Below, in pieces: positions 19,475-28,809 of a DNA stretch of 64,000 nt; position 1 is the stretch's first letter, and each line of letters starts with the position of its first letter. The position numbers and the translations under genes are program-made. Below the pieces are notes generated by a model. The model was not told the DNA's origin. It was given only the letters and a program-made list of their open reading frames with translations, and ran no database searches. Origin of the DNA: an uncultured Chlamydiae bacterium (GTDB taxonomy: Bacteria > Chlamydiota > Chlamydiia > Chlamydiales > SM23-39); the NCBI GenBank assembly GCA_963828125.1, contig CAWHDP010000001.1, positions 320,001-384,000 of the forward strand, in the 5' to 3' direction.

Positions 19475-21253
19475 ATGCATCCAATTATTCAAGCTGAACC
19501 CAATTCGTTTAAATACTATCAAATGTCTCTTGCCGCGAGATCCCAAAAATCTGCTGTGCGTGAAACGAAAAACGATGTGCCAACACCGCTTCAAGAAAGG
19601 GAGATTGTCGTATTGCCAGAATCCGATATCGGCGTCTCAGTGTCGGCGCCTCAAGCAATCCACAACTCCCTACCCCTCTCCTCAATGGTTTTAGAGCCAT
19701 CTCCTCCTCGGCAAAGCCTGGATCCAGCACAGTTGTGTGAATATGCCGATACAATAAGGCGGTGCATGCAGTCTTCGGATCCAAGCTTAGAGACAGTCAT
19801 TCACCAGACCGGTCGAGAGATCGGCAGACGTTTGTTTGATCCGCATCAATCGGATATAGATCGATGGGCAAAATGGATATTCGAATTGGCTATAGAGCAC
19901 GCAGATATGTTTTTGCAAGAATTTGCGGTACATGTTCCAGAGTCTAAGAAAGAATTTTTCCTCACATTTGCTTTAGCTTCGGGAAAGATAGATTCTGTAA
20001 ACATATTGGCCGATGCTTGGTCCATTGATCATGACACGCTTTTGCGACTCGCTGTTGCAGAGGGGGCTATGGAATGTGTCGAATCCATATTATCACGCAA
20101 GTCGCCTTTCACAGAAGAGGTGATGCAGCAATGCTTACATACAGCTGTTGCTAGAGGCTACGTGGAAATTGCGATCATTTTATCAAAAGGTGACCTTTCA
20201 TCCGTTGCAAATATTGTTTTTCAGGATGAGATAAAATGCGAAATAGATAAAAAGGCATTGACAGATAAAATATATATAATGTATCGCTTAAATTCCGTGC
20301 ATGTTGTTGATGAAATAATGAATGCATTTATTAAATTAATCGATTTGCGTAATGTGGAGAATGTGAAAACAATATGGCATTCCTCAAGAACTCATTGTTT
20401 GAAATGGCTCCCATTTGTATCTCAATACGCAAGACAACATCATTTGAATATTGTCAACATAATGTATCAACAAAACGCAAGGAGCGATTTCTTAAAATTG
20501 GATGAAAACTATGCATGTCAATGTCTAGTTGCAGTGGAACAGTTTGTTGTTCAATTGCGAGACTGCAGAATCATTCGGCCTAGCACACTCGAATATAATC
20601 AATTACCTTCAAGCTCAACTGGAACTCGTAGATTTGCAGCCCTCTTAGAAGCAATGGCATCAAAACGCAATACTATGCGTCCTGGCGATGAAGTTCAGTT
20701 ACGGATGGGGTTCCGTTCATGCTCCACTTTCAAGATGGCAAGATATTATTGGAGTGTTCGTAATTTAAATAAATTTGATAAGAACTGTCACTTCTACATA
20801 AGTAACCAAAACATAGAAAACATACACTTGCTTGCCATGAGCCAAAAACATATCTGGCTTCATGGTCTAGCTCCTGTTTCTTATGCGTGGGAAGATATTG
20901 AAAATATCTTTGAAAACATCATAAGTATGGAATTGAAAACATTAGAAGATGTAAATGTATTTTACAATCAATTGATACGTCTCATCTGGTTGATTGGCAA
21001 TACGACCCCTTTGAATCGGGGCAGCGGAACTGTAGTAGAATGGACATGGGCGCTTGCCCATATGTATCACGGTTTGTCAGTTCCCTTGTTGAAAAAAACA
21101 AACCCCCAGCTAGATCCTATAGGCCTTACTTTATTGCTTCGGGAATATCAAGAACATTTTCGTGAATTTTTTGAGCCTGAGACTATAGGAGTGCGCGCGG
21201 ATCAGCAACCTGTGCGCGGTCAACAAGAGCTTGGCGACCGGAAGGAGCCCTAA
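19475..21253 (+). CDS. Putative secreted effector with ankyrin-like repeats and a C-terminal Fido/AvrB-like motif, copy 1
   Basis: Ser/Pro-rich N-terminus; ALASGKIDSVNIL, AVAEGAMECVESIL, LHTAVARGYVEIAIIL; LIWLIGNTTPLNRGSG. Confidence 0.7.
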   Translation: MHPIIQAEPNSFKYYQMSLAARSQKSAVRETKNDVPTPLQEREIVVLPESDIGVSVSAPQAIHNSLPLSSMVLEPSPPRQSLDPAQLCEYADTIRRCMQSSDPSLETVIHQTGREIGRRLFDPHQSDIDRWAKWIFELAIEHADMFLQEFAVHVPESKKEFFLTFALASGKIDSVNILADAWSIDHDTLLRLAVAEGAMECVESILSRKSPFTEEVMQQCLHTAVARGYVEIAIILSKGDLSSVANIVFQDEIKCEIDKKALTDKIYIMYRLNSVHVVDEIMNAFIKLIDLRNVENVKTIWHSSRTHCLKWLPFVSQYARQHHLNIVNIMYQQNARSDFLKLDENYACQCLVAVEQFVVQLRDCRIIRPSTLEYNQLPSSSTGTRRFAALLEAMASKRNTMRPGDEVQLRMGFRSCSTFKMARYYWSVRNLNKFDKNCHFYISNQNIENIHLLAMSQKHIWLHGLAPVSYAWEDIENIFENIISMELKTLEDVNVFYNQLIRLIWLIGNTTPLNRGSGTVVEWTWALAHMYHGLSVPLLKKTNPQLDPIGLTLLLREYQEHFREFFEPETIGVRADQQPVRGQQELGDRKEP

Positions 21254-21312
21254 ACGCGATCTAGCCGAAAAATTCTTTACCATGATAGACTCCTCCTTAG
21301 AGAGGGCCTCCT

Positions 21313-21612
21313 TTACATAGAAAAGAGCACCAGACCGTCGTTGAAAGCCGTGGCGCTATAAGCGATGACCGTCCGCCGGATTCCTGCGCAGTCGGTCAAA
21401 TCACTGATTTCTTGGAGCATCTTCTTGGCGTCGGCAGGGGGCATCATCGGGTGCAAGGAGGGGTCAGCTTGGAGAGGGAAGTAACCGTTGAAAAAAGCCT
21501 CGACAGGCGGGAAAAAATAATAAAGCGCCTTCTTATAAGGATCGATCGTGAAGGCCGAAATACTGCTTGTAAGCTGTTCAAGCCCTTGCAAGGCAGCTAC
21601 TTGTAGTGTCAT
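21313..21612 (-). pseudogene. 5' fragment of the duplicated M48-like gene
   Basis: First 93 codons match 18936-19214, then the frame runs into the junction sequence. Confidence 0.9.
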
Positions 21613-21872
21613 GCCAATCTTTTGCGTTAAATTGAGGACAGTATAGAATAGCGCTGCAATAAAAACACTTGAAATGATGAGCCTATCCGGCCATCTTTTT
21701 CTCCCGACATGGCGGATAGGCTCATAGGTGGTTAACTATTAGGTTGTTAAAGATTGTCAGTAAAAAACAACTTTTGCAAGTGTTGGTCGATTTTGGATTG
21801 ATTGTAATATTTCTGTAGTGTATAATTTTAATATAAAATATTTAATTAACGTGTTGTTTTATTTAGATAAAA

Positions 21873-23651
21873 ATGCATCCAATTATTCAAGCTGAACCCA
21901 ATTCGTTTAAATACTATCAAATGTCTCTTGCCGCGAGATCCCAAAAATCTGCTGTGCGTGAAACGAAAAACGATGTGCCAACACCGCTTCAAGAAAGGGA
22001 GATTGTCGTATTGCCAGAATCCGATATCGGCGTCTCAGTGTCGGCGCCTCAAGCAATCCCCAACTCCCTACCCCTCTCCTCAATGGTTTTAGAGCCATCT
22101 CCTCCTCGGCAAAGCCTGGATCCAGCAGAGTTGCGTGCATATGCCGATACAATAAGGCAGTGCATGCGGTCTTCGGATCCAAGCTTAGAGACAGTCATTG
22201 ACCAGACCGGTCGAGAAATCGGCAGACGTTTGTTTGATCCGAATCAATCGGATATAGATCAATGGGCAAAATGGATATTCGAATTGGCTATAGAGCACGC
22301 AGATATGTTTTTGCAAGAATTTGCGGTACATGTTCCAGAGTCTAAGAAAGAATTTTTCCTCACATTTGCTTTAGCTTCGGGAAAGATAGATTCTGTAAAC
22401 ATATTGGCCGATGCTTGGTCCATTGATCATGACACGCTTTTGCGACTCGCTGTTGCAGAGGGGGCTATGGAATGTGTCGAATCCATATTATCACGCAAGT
22501 CGCCTTTCACAGAAGAGGTGATGCAGCAATGCTTACATACAGCTGTTGCTAGAGGCTACGTGGAAATTGCGATCATTTTATCAAAAGGTGACCTTTCATC
22601 CGTTGCAAATATTGTTTTTCAGGATGAGATAAAATGCGAAATAGATAAAAAGGCATTGACAGATAAAATATATATAATGTATCGCTTAAATTCCGTGCAT
22701 GTTGTTGATGAAATAATGAATGCATTTATTAAATTAATCGATTTGCGTGATGTGGAGAATGTGAAAACAATATGGCGTTCCTCAAGAACTCATTGTTTGA
22801 AATGGCTCCCATTTGTATCTCAATACGCAAGACAACATCATTTGAATGAGGTCAACATGATGTATCAACAAAAAGAAATGAGCGATTTCTTAAAATTGGA
22901 TGAAAACTATGCATGTCAATGTCTAGTTGCAGTGGAACAGTTTGTTGTTCAATTGCGAGACTGCAGCATCATTCGGCCTAGCACACTCGAATATAATCAA
23001 TTACCTTCAAGCTCAACTGGAACTCGTAGATTTGCAGCCCTCTTAGAAGAAATTGCATCAAAACGCAATACTATGCGTCCTGGCGATGAAGTTCAGTTAC
23101 GGATGGGGTCCCGTTCATACTCCACTTTCAAGATGGCAAGATATTATTGGAGTGCTCGTAATTTAAATAAATTTGATGAGAACTCTCACTTCTACAGAAG
23201 TAACCAAAACACAGAAAAAGAACACATGCTTGCCATGAGCCAAAAACATATCTGGCTTCATGGTCTAGCTCCTGTTTCTTATGCGTGGGAAGATATTGAA
23301 AATATCTTTGAAAAGATCATAAGTATGGAATTGAAAACATTAGAAGATGTAAATATATTTTACAATGAATTGATACGTCTCATCTGGTTGATTGGCAATA
23401 CGACCCCTTTGACTCGGGGCAGCGGAACTGTAGTAGAATGGACATGGGCGCTTGCCCATATGTATCACGGTTTGTCAGTTCCCTTGTTGAAAAAAATAAA
23501 CCCCCAGCTAGATCCTATAGGCCTTACTTTATTGCTTCAGGAATATCAAGAATATTTTCGTGAATTTTTTGAGCCTGAGACTATAGGAGTGCGCGCGGAT
23601 CAGCAACCTGTGCGCGGTCAACAAGAGCTTGGCGACCGGAAGGAGCCCTAA
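21873..23651 (+). CDS. Putative secreted effector, copy 2
   Basis: 592 aa, about 36 substitutions relative to copy 1. Confidence 0.7.
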   Translation: MHPIIQAEPNSFKYYQMSLAARSQKSAVRETKNDVPTPLQEREIVVLPESDIGVSVSAPQAIPNSLPLSSMVLEPSPPRQSLDPAELRAYADTIRQCMRSSDPSLETVIDQTGREIGRRLFDPNQSDIDQWAKWIFELAIEHADMFLQEFAVHVPESKKEFFLTFALASGKIDSVNILADAWSIDHDTLLRLAVAEGAMECVESILSRKSPFTEEVMQQCLHTAVARGYVEIAIILSKGDLSSVANIVFQDEIKCEIDKKALTDKIYIMYRLNSVHVVDEIMNAFIKLIDLRDVENVKTIWRSSRTHCLKWLPFVSQYARQHHLNEVNMMYQQKEMSDFLKLDENYACQCLVAVEQFVVQLRDCSIIRPSTLEYNQLPSSSTGTRRFAALLEEIASKRNTMRPGDEVQLRMGSRSYSTFKMARYYWSARNLNKFDENSHFYRSNQNTEKEHMLAMSQKHIWLHGLAPVSYAWEDIENIFEKIISMELKTLEDVNIFYNELIRLIWLIGNTTPLTRGSGTVVEWTWALAHMYHGLSVPLLKKINPQLDPIGLTLLLQEYQEYFREFFEPETIGVRADQQPVRGQQELGDRKEP

Positions 23652-23719
23652 ACGCGATCTAGCCGAAAAATTCTTTACCATGATAGACTCCTCCTTTCCC
23701 GGTGAAGAGAGGAGGGTAT

Positions 23720-24112
23720 ATGGATTCTATTCAGATCGATTTTTTCACAGTCGTGATCGCTGCGCTACTCAACATGGTCATCGGGTCTGTGTGGTATTCG
23801 AAGTGGCTGTTTGGTCCTACTTGGATGAAATTGCAAAAAATGGCAGTCGATGAATATAAAATGTTGTATCTCGGATATGAGTTGATCATCTCTTTGGTGA
23901 TCGCTTACTTCTTGGCCTTTTTCGAAACTTACCTAAGCGTCACCACTGTGACCGATGGGATGTTTGTCGGATTTTGTTTTTGGCTGGGGTTTGTCGCGAC
24001 TACACAGATTTCTCAGGTGCTTTGGAGCAAAAGTCCGTTGCGGCTTTTTTTCCTCAACACCGGATGCAAACTTCTCTCATTCCTCGTCATGAGTGGTGTG
24101 ATCGGAGCTTGA
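23720..24112 (+). CDS. DUF1761-like membrane protein
   Basis: IGSVWYSKWLFGPTWM; four TM segments; GGAGG RBS. Confidence 0.8.
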   Translation: MDSIQIDFFTVVIAALLNMVIGSVWYSKWLFGPTWMKLQKMAVDEYKMLYLGYELIISLVIAYFLAFFETYLSVTTVTDGMFVGFCFWLGFVATTQISQVLWSKSPLRLFFLNTGCKLLSFLVMSGVIGA

Positions 24113-24168
24113 CATTAGAGAGGGCCTCCTTTACATAGAAAAGAGCACCAGATTGAAAGAGATTTTCC

Positions 24169-25503
24169 ATGCCGACCGAACGATCCGCCGATCTTAAAAT
24201 AAAAAAGCTCCTTCTCATTACGTCGAGTGGAGGGGGAGGGCTGATTCAGACTGCCAACGCGAAAGAGCAGGAAGCCTATGCTAAATATCCCGGCCTACAG
24301 ATTATCCGGAGGGATTTGTTAAAAGATTGGGTGTGGAAACCGATAGGAAGATTCTTTATCTATTTTTGGAATAATGCTCAGAGAAAGGGGAGCATACCGG
24401 CGCAATTGCTCTGTGTATACGGTCAGTTTTTGATCGACCTTTTCCTCCACCCGACGGTTTTCTTTTACGCCCTTTATACCCTTTTTAAAGAAGATGTGGA
24501 TTACGTGATCGACACTCAACCGCTCTGCACTTCTGCTATTGTCAAGGCGATCAAGATCTATAACCGGAAGCGGTCTAGGAAGATCCATCTCGAAAAAGTT
24601 TTAGTGGATCTCCCCACGAAAAAAGCGACCCATTTTTTCCGTGCGATCAAAAAATTGTCTCCGGAAAATCGGCGCCTTGTCCGGTTGACGACAATCGCCC
24701 CTCTCCTCGATGCGGGAGAGACGGCTGAGGAATTTTGGCAATCGACTTGCGGTCTTTCTGAAAAGGCGATCAATCTCGAAGAGGTCTACGTGCGGCAAGC
24801 TTTTCAGCGCTTCAAAAATAAGGGGCGCACCCAAGAACAGATGACGTTCCGGATTGCCTATAAAAATAGTGAAGAGATCCAATGGATGCGAGAATCGTTC
24901 GAAAGGGGGCCTATTCGAGCGAAAGTGGGGGAGAACGAGGTCGAATTTACGGTCGAGCCCGCGGATCGGATGGTCACGATTTTGCTCGGATCGCAGCCAG
25001 CGCGTATAGCGACCCGTAGCTATGTCGAAAAATTGGCTTCACTAGCCAAAGAATATCCGAACACAAGGATCCACCTTTTTGCTTTTTGTGCCGACCATAT
25101 GGAGGGGAAAGAGACGCTTCTCCGCGAGGTCTCACATTTTGCCTCCTCTATTCCCGATTACCCAAAAAACTTGTCGATTGTCCCATTTTCATTCCAAAAT
25201 GAGGCGGTGATCGCCCCTCTATTTTATCGGAGCGATGCGACTTGCACCCGTTCGGGCGGACAGACGGCGATGGAGCTCATGTGTGTCAGTACGGGGGAGA
25301 TTTGGATCCATTCGGAAGCGAATGAGGGACAAGACGTCCTGAAGGGGATCCCTGGTTGGGAGGCTGCGAGCGCTCTCTATTTGCAGAAGCTGAAAGGGGC
25401 CAAAATCGTCACCCCGGCCAAAGTCGCCTTCCATGCTAGGGGGCTATTTCAAAGAGATAATAGACAAGCCCTTGCCAATCGGCAGATACAATCAATGGCC
25501 TGA
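24169..25503 (+). CDS. GT-B glycosyltransferase-like protein (GT28/MGDG synthase-like)
   Basis: N-terminal SSGGGG loop; C-terminal TRSGGQTAMEL. Confidence 0.6.
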   Translation: MPTERSADLKIKKLLLITSSGGGGLIQTANAKEQEAYAKYPGLQIIRRDLLKDWVWKPIGRFFIYFWNNAQRKGSIPAQLLCVYGQFLIDLFLHPTVFFYALYTLFKEDVDYVIDTQPLCTSAIVKAIKIYNRKRSRKIHLEKVLVDLPTKKATHFFRAIKKLSPENRRLVRLTTIAPLLDAGETAEEFWQSTCGLSEKAINLEEVYVRQAFQRFKNKGRTQEQMTFRIAYKNSEEIQWMRESFERGPIRAKVGENEVEFTVEPADRMVTILLGSQPARIATRSYVEKLASLAKEYPNTRIHLFAFCADHMEGKETLLREVSHFASSIPDYPKNLSIVPFSFQNEAVIAPLFYRSDATCTRSGGQTAMELMCVSTGEIWIHSEANEGQDVLKGIPGWEAASALYLQKLKGAKIVTPAKVAFHARGLFQRDNRQALANRQIQSMA

Positions 25504-26011
25504 TCAGAGCCGGGTCTTTTTGAAAGGTTGCAGCCAAGCGCGGAATATTCGAATCGATCCCATTTCGCGCGTGTTCTCTCCTCATCCCTTTGTCTATCCC
25601 ATTGAGAACATCCTCGATATAACTTTTCTTAGTAAAAATGGTCTGCATGGTGTGTTTAGGGATCGCGGCAAGGAGTGCAAATGGGTGAACAGAGGCGATC
25701 TTTTGACCTAATTGGTACAACCGGATCCCAGAGAAGACGACATGCCTTCCCCCCTTGGCGATCGTTCCGAACAGCTCTTTTATTTTTTCCTGTTCTTCAG
25801 CGGTACACTCTATCGCTATTTCGGGCGGCGCAGGGACTGAGGATCCGAGCGGTGTGAAAGGGGTATAAATCCGTTTTTTTTTACAAATAAACGGCGCCAC
25901 ACCTAAGGCGCCAACACTCAAGAGGGCGCACAGTAGGATTTGCTCCTCTTCCTCGTCTCTTTTTTCAAGGCCATAAGGGCTGCTCTCTTCAGTATTTAAA
26001 TGAATGTCCAT
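25436..26011 (-). CDS. Hypothetical protein, paralogue of the upstream gene
   Basis: CTAEEQEKIKE...LGQKIASVHPFALL...DWQGLVYYL. Confidence 0.75.
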   Translation of the reverse strand: MDIHLNTEESSPYGLEKRDEEEEQILLCALLSVGALGVAPFICKKKRIYTPFTPLGSSVPAPPEIAIECTAEEQEKIKELFGTIAKGGRHVVFSGIRLYQLGQKIASVHPFALLAAIPKHTMQTIFTKKSYIEDVLNGIDKGMRREHARNGIDSNIPRLAATFQKDPALIRPLIVSADWQGLVYYLFEIAP

Positions 26012-26012
26012 A

Positions 26013-26528
26013 TTATGACTGTATGAGGAAAAGGACCATTCCTTCCCAATCGCGTGCGTCAAAATAGGCCTTTAGGGCTGGAAATCCATGAGAGGGGATC
26101 TGTAAATCGGCGGCAAAATCATTGATGTAAAGGCCGAGCTTTCCCTTCTCGGCCTCTCCTTCTAAACGGGGGATGAGTCCGTCTAAAAAGTTGTTTCGTT
26201 TGAAGTAGTCGTCCCAGATATAGTACATGCACGATTTCAGGTGAGGGTCTTTAAAGATCGTCGCGAGAAATTTCAGGGGGTGGACATGATTGATTTGGGC
26301 GCCGAGTTCCCTCAAATGCCCTTGTTGAAAGAGGAGTCCCAACTTCCCCTTTTCTCCGACAGTAGAGATGATCTCATGAATTTTTTCCCGATCTTGCGGT
26401 GTACAATCGAGATCTTTATACGATACGTCGGTCGCTTTGACGGGCGGCTTTCGGATGATCGATCCCGCTGCAGGAGGGACAAACATCCCCAGAAAAATAA
26501 ACACAAGCAATAAGCGCTTTCGCAACAT
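26013..26528 (-). CDS. Exported hypothetical protein
   Basis: Signal peptide; CTPQDREKIHE...LGAQINHVHPLKFL...DWEGMVLFL. Confidence 0.8.
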   Translation of the reverse strand: MLRKRLLLVFIFLGMFVPPAAGSIIRKPPVKATDVSYKDLDCTPQDREKIHEIISTVGEKGKLGLLFQQGHLRELGAQINHVHPLKFLATIFKDPHLKSCMYYIWDDYFKRNNFLDGLIPRLEGEAEKGKLGLYINDFAADLQIPSHGFPALKAYFDARDWEGMVLFLIQS

Positions 26529-26624
26529 CCGATCCTCCTCTCGGTCACGCCTTCATGATATTCGAATTAAATTTTTACTGCCAGCTCTTGCACCGAATTT
26601 TTTTTCGCCGTATCCTTAAGTCCC

Positions 26625-27437
26625 GTGAAACGATTTCTGATCTTTATTTTTTTTCTCTCTGCGGTTCTTGCATTGCCGGGAATCGCAAAGCGCCTAACCC
26701 AAGGGTTCCGCCCTGTAAAAATGGATCTTTGCTTTCCTTATCATCCAGATTGGGAGGTTCCTTTGGATCCAGCAATCCTCTCGATCCTCAATCAACCTTT
26801 TTTCTTTATCGGCAAGGGCTCTCAATCCTATGTCTTTGCTAGCGAGGATGGAAAATTCGTCGTGAAATTTTTCCGTTTTGACGACCGGCGGATAAAATTA
26901 TTTCATCAAAGACAAAGGCAGCCGGAATCGGCAAGAGAGAAGGCGGAGATTGTATTTGCCGCGTGCAAAATCGCATACGACCGGCTTCAAGAGGAGACCG
27001 GATTGGTCTACATGCATTTAAATCTCAGTCAAGGAACCTTGCCCATCCTCTATTGCAAAGACGCTTTGGGAAGGCCCTATAAATTCCCACTCGACCAGTG
27101 CCGTTTCGTCCTTCAAAAAAAAGCGACACTGTTTAGAGATGCTCTTCTAGAGGCCCGTTCCAATCCTGACCAGATGCGGGCCCGATTGGATCAATTCATC
27201 GCTCTTCTTCTGTCCCGCACATCGAAGGGGGTCTTTAATACAGATCCCACATTGAGCCGGAACTTCGGTTTTCTCGATCATCAGGCGATCGAGATCGATT
27301 TCGGCAATTACCGGCCGGCGTCGAGCCGTAGCCCGGAGAACGAGGTCAAGCGCTATACGGATCGGCTCCGCGAATGGCTCCTCGAGGAGGCTCCTGAATG
27401 GGTGGGGTATCTAGATAAAAGGATAGAGGAGATATGA
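26625..27437 (+). CDS. Protein-kinase-like protein with an N-terminal signal/anchor
   Basis: IGKGSQSYVF, VVKF, D-x5-N, IDFG. Confidence 0.7.
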   Translation: MKRFLIFIFFLSAVLALPGIAKRLTQGFRPVKMDLCFPYHPDWEVPLDPAILSILNQPFFFIGKGSQSYVFASEDGKFVVKFFRFDDRRIKLFHQRQRQPESAREKAEIVFAACKIAYDRLQEETGLVYMHLNLSQGTLPILYCKDALGRPYKFPLDQCRFVLQKKATLFRDALLEARSNPDQMRARLDQFIALLLSRTSKGVFNTDPTLSRNFGFLDHQAIEIDFGNYRPASSRSPENEVKRYTDRLREWLLEEAPEWVGYLDKRIEEI

Positions 27438-28246
27438 GCCGTTTTTTAAGCGCTTTGTGCGTGGCCCTTGCCCTCTCTTTCATCGCTGATATGCGAACGG
27501 ATGGCTTGGCTCCCTGGAAGATCGAAGGGGGACTCAGCTCTCTTCAAGAAGCCCCATTGAAACCGGAGATCCGAGAGATTTTGTCCCAGCCTTTCCGTTA
27601 TTTAGCAAAAGGGAGGCAGTGCTTTGTCTTTGAAAGCGGAGACGGAAAATATGTCCTGAAATTTTTCAACCAAACCTATTTCAAAATGCCTTGGTATTCA
27701 TTTTTACTCGGCGAAAAGGAATCTGCCAAACGGTCGCTGAGGCGCTCATTTTATCAACACAGCTATGAGATCGCCTTGAAAGAATGCGGAGATGAGATTG
27801 TGTATCTCCACAAAGGGCTCTCTTCCGACCTCCCTGTGATTAAGGCCAAGGGCTATGTAGAATATAAAATGGATCTGAACCGGATCCCTTTTGTCCTCCA
27901 AAAAAAGGGGGAACCATTGTATCCTCGCCTTGAAATGATCTATCAAGCGGAGGGATTAGAGGGACTTTGCCGAGAGATTGACCGGTTTGTTTTTCTCATT
28001 TCGGAGCGGATGGCCAAAAACATCGCCGATGGAGATAGAGACGTAGAACACAATTGGGGATACGTCGAGGGGCGCCTTTTCCACCTCGACCCGGGCAGAC
28101 TTTATTACGACTCTTCGCTAACTGAAGAGAAGCGGCGTCAAAAAGAGTGGGAAAAGAACACTCACGATCTCCAGAAATGGCTGAGACGCAACCATCCAGA
28201 GGGAGCTAGTTATTTAGACCGGACATTGCCCATTTCTCAGCGCTGA
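27434..28246 (+). CDS. Protein-kinase-like paralogue
   Basis: LAKGRQCFVF, VLKF, D-x5-N, LDPG. Confidence 0.7.
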   Translation: MSRFLSALCVALALSFIADMRTDGLAPWKIEGGLSSLQEAPLKPEIREILSQPFRYLAKGRQCFVFESGDGKYVLKFFNQTYFKMPWYSFLLGEKESAKRSLRRSFYQHSYEIALKECGDEIVYLHKGLSSDLPVIKAKGYVEYKMDLNRIPFVLQKKGEPLYPRLEMIYQAEGLEGLCREIDRFVFLISERMAKNIADGDRDVEHNWGYVEGRLFHLDPGRLYYDSSLTEEKRRQKEWEKNTHDLQKWLRRNHPEGASYLDRTLPISQR

Positions 28247-28262
28247 GAAATGCGGGATAGTC

Positions 28263-28667
28263 TTAAGAACCTTGCAGAATGTCGTGTTTAATATCGCTTA
28301 ACATGACCCGTAATGAATCGAGTGTTTGACTAAATTCGGGGGTCCCTTCTTGGCTTTTGAGCGATTCAACCGTTGCGAGCGCTGATTTTAATTCAGAAAT
28401 AAAACTAGGGGCGCTGGCTGGCTGGAGATCGCTCTCTTCAGCTACTTGGAGCATTTGAAGCAAATCATCCTGAATCCGGTTTAAATCGGCGGTAACGGCT
28501 CCCCAATCGGGATCAGAGCTGCTCAGCTCCTGCAAGATTTGATCAACAGGATCCATGTTACTCCCTACGACGTTCGACGGATTTTTTTGCCCGATCGACA
28601 TGTCGCCAAAGAGTTTCATTAACTCTGCCCAGACATTGCTATTTTGTACATTGTTAGTTATTTCCAT
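28263..28667 (-). CDS. Hypothetical helical protein
   Basis: 134-aa ORF with an Asn-rich N-terminus and AT-rich upstream region. Confidence 0.65.
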   Translation of the reverse strand: MEITNNVQNSNVWAELMKLFGDMSIGQKNPSNVVGSNMDPVDQILQELSSSDPDWGAVTADLNRIQDDLLQMLQVAEESDLQPASAPSFISELKSALATVESLKSQEGTPEFSQTLDSLRVMLSDIKHDILQGS

Positions 28668-28809
28668 ACATTCATTGTATATAAATCTGATTTATTTTGC
28701 AACTTTAAGTAAAACTAATATTTAAACCGCTTATTGTAAATATATTACGAACTCATTCTTGCCGATTCCTATACTCTATAAATTCTATTTATGGTACGGT
28801 TTCAAGTAG

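Larger units (their letters stand above)
18936..23696. repeat. Tandem duplication, 2363-bp units at 18936-21298 and 21334-23696
   Basis: Constant offset of 2398 bp, near-identical sequence. Confidence 0.97.

Noticed and set aside
19475..23651. Diversity-generating retroelement template/variable pair (an RT fragment lies at 7607)
   Set aside because: Differences are not adenine-specific, are spread over 1.5 kb and both copies are full genes; the RT piece is a 43-codon group II intron-type remnant
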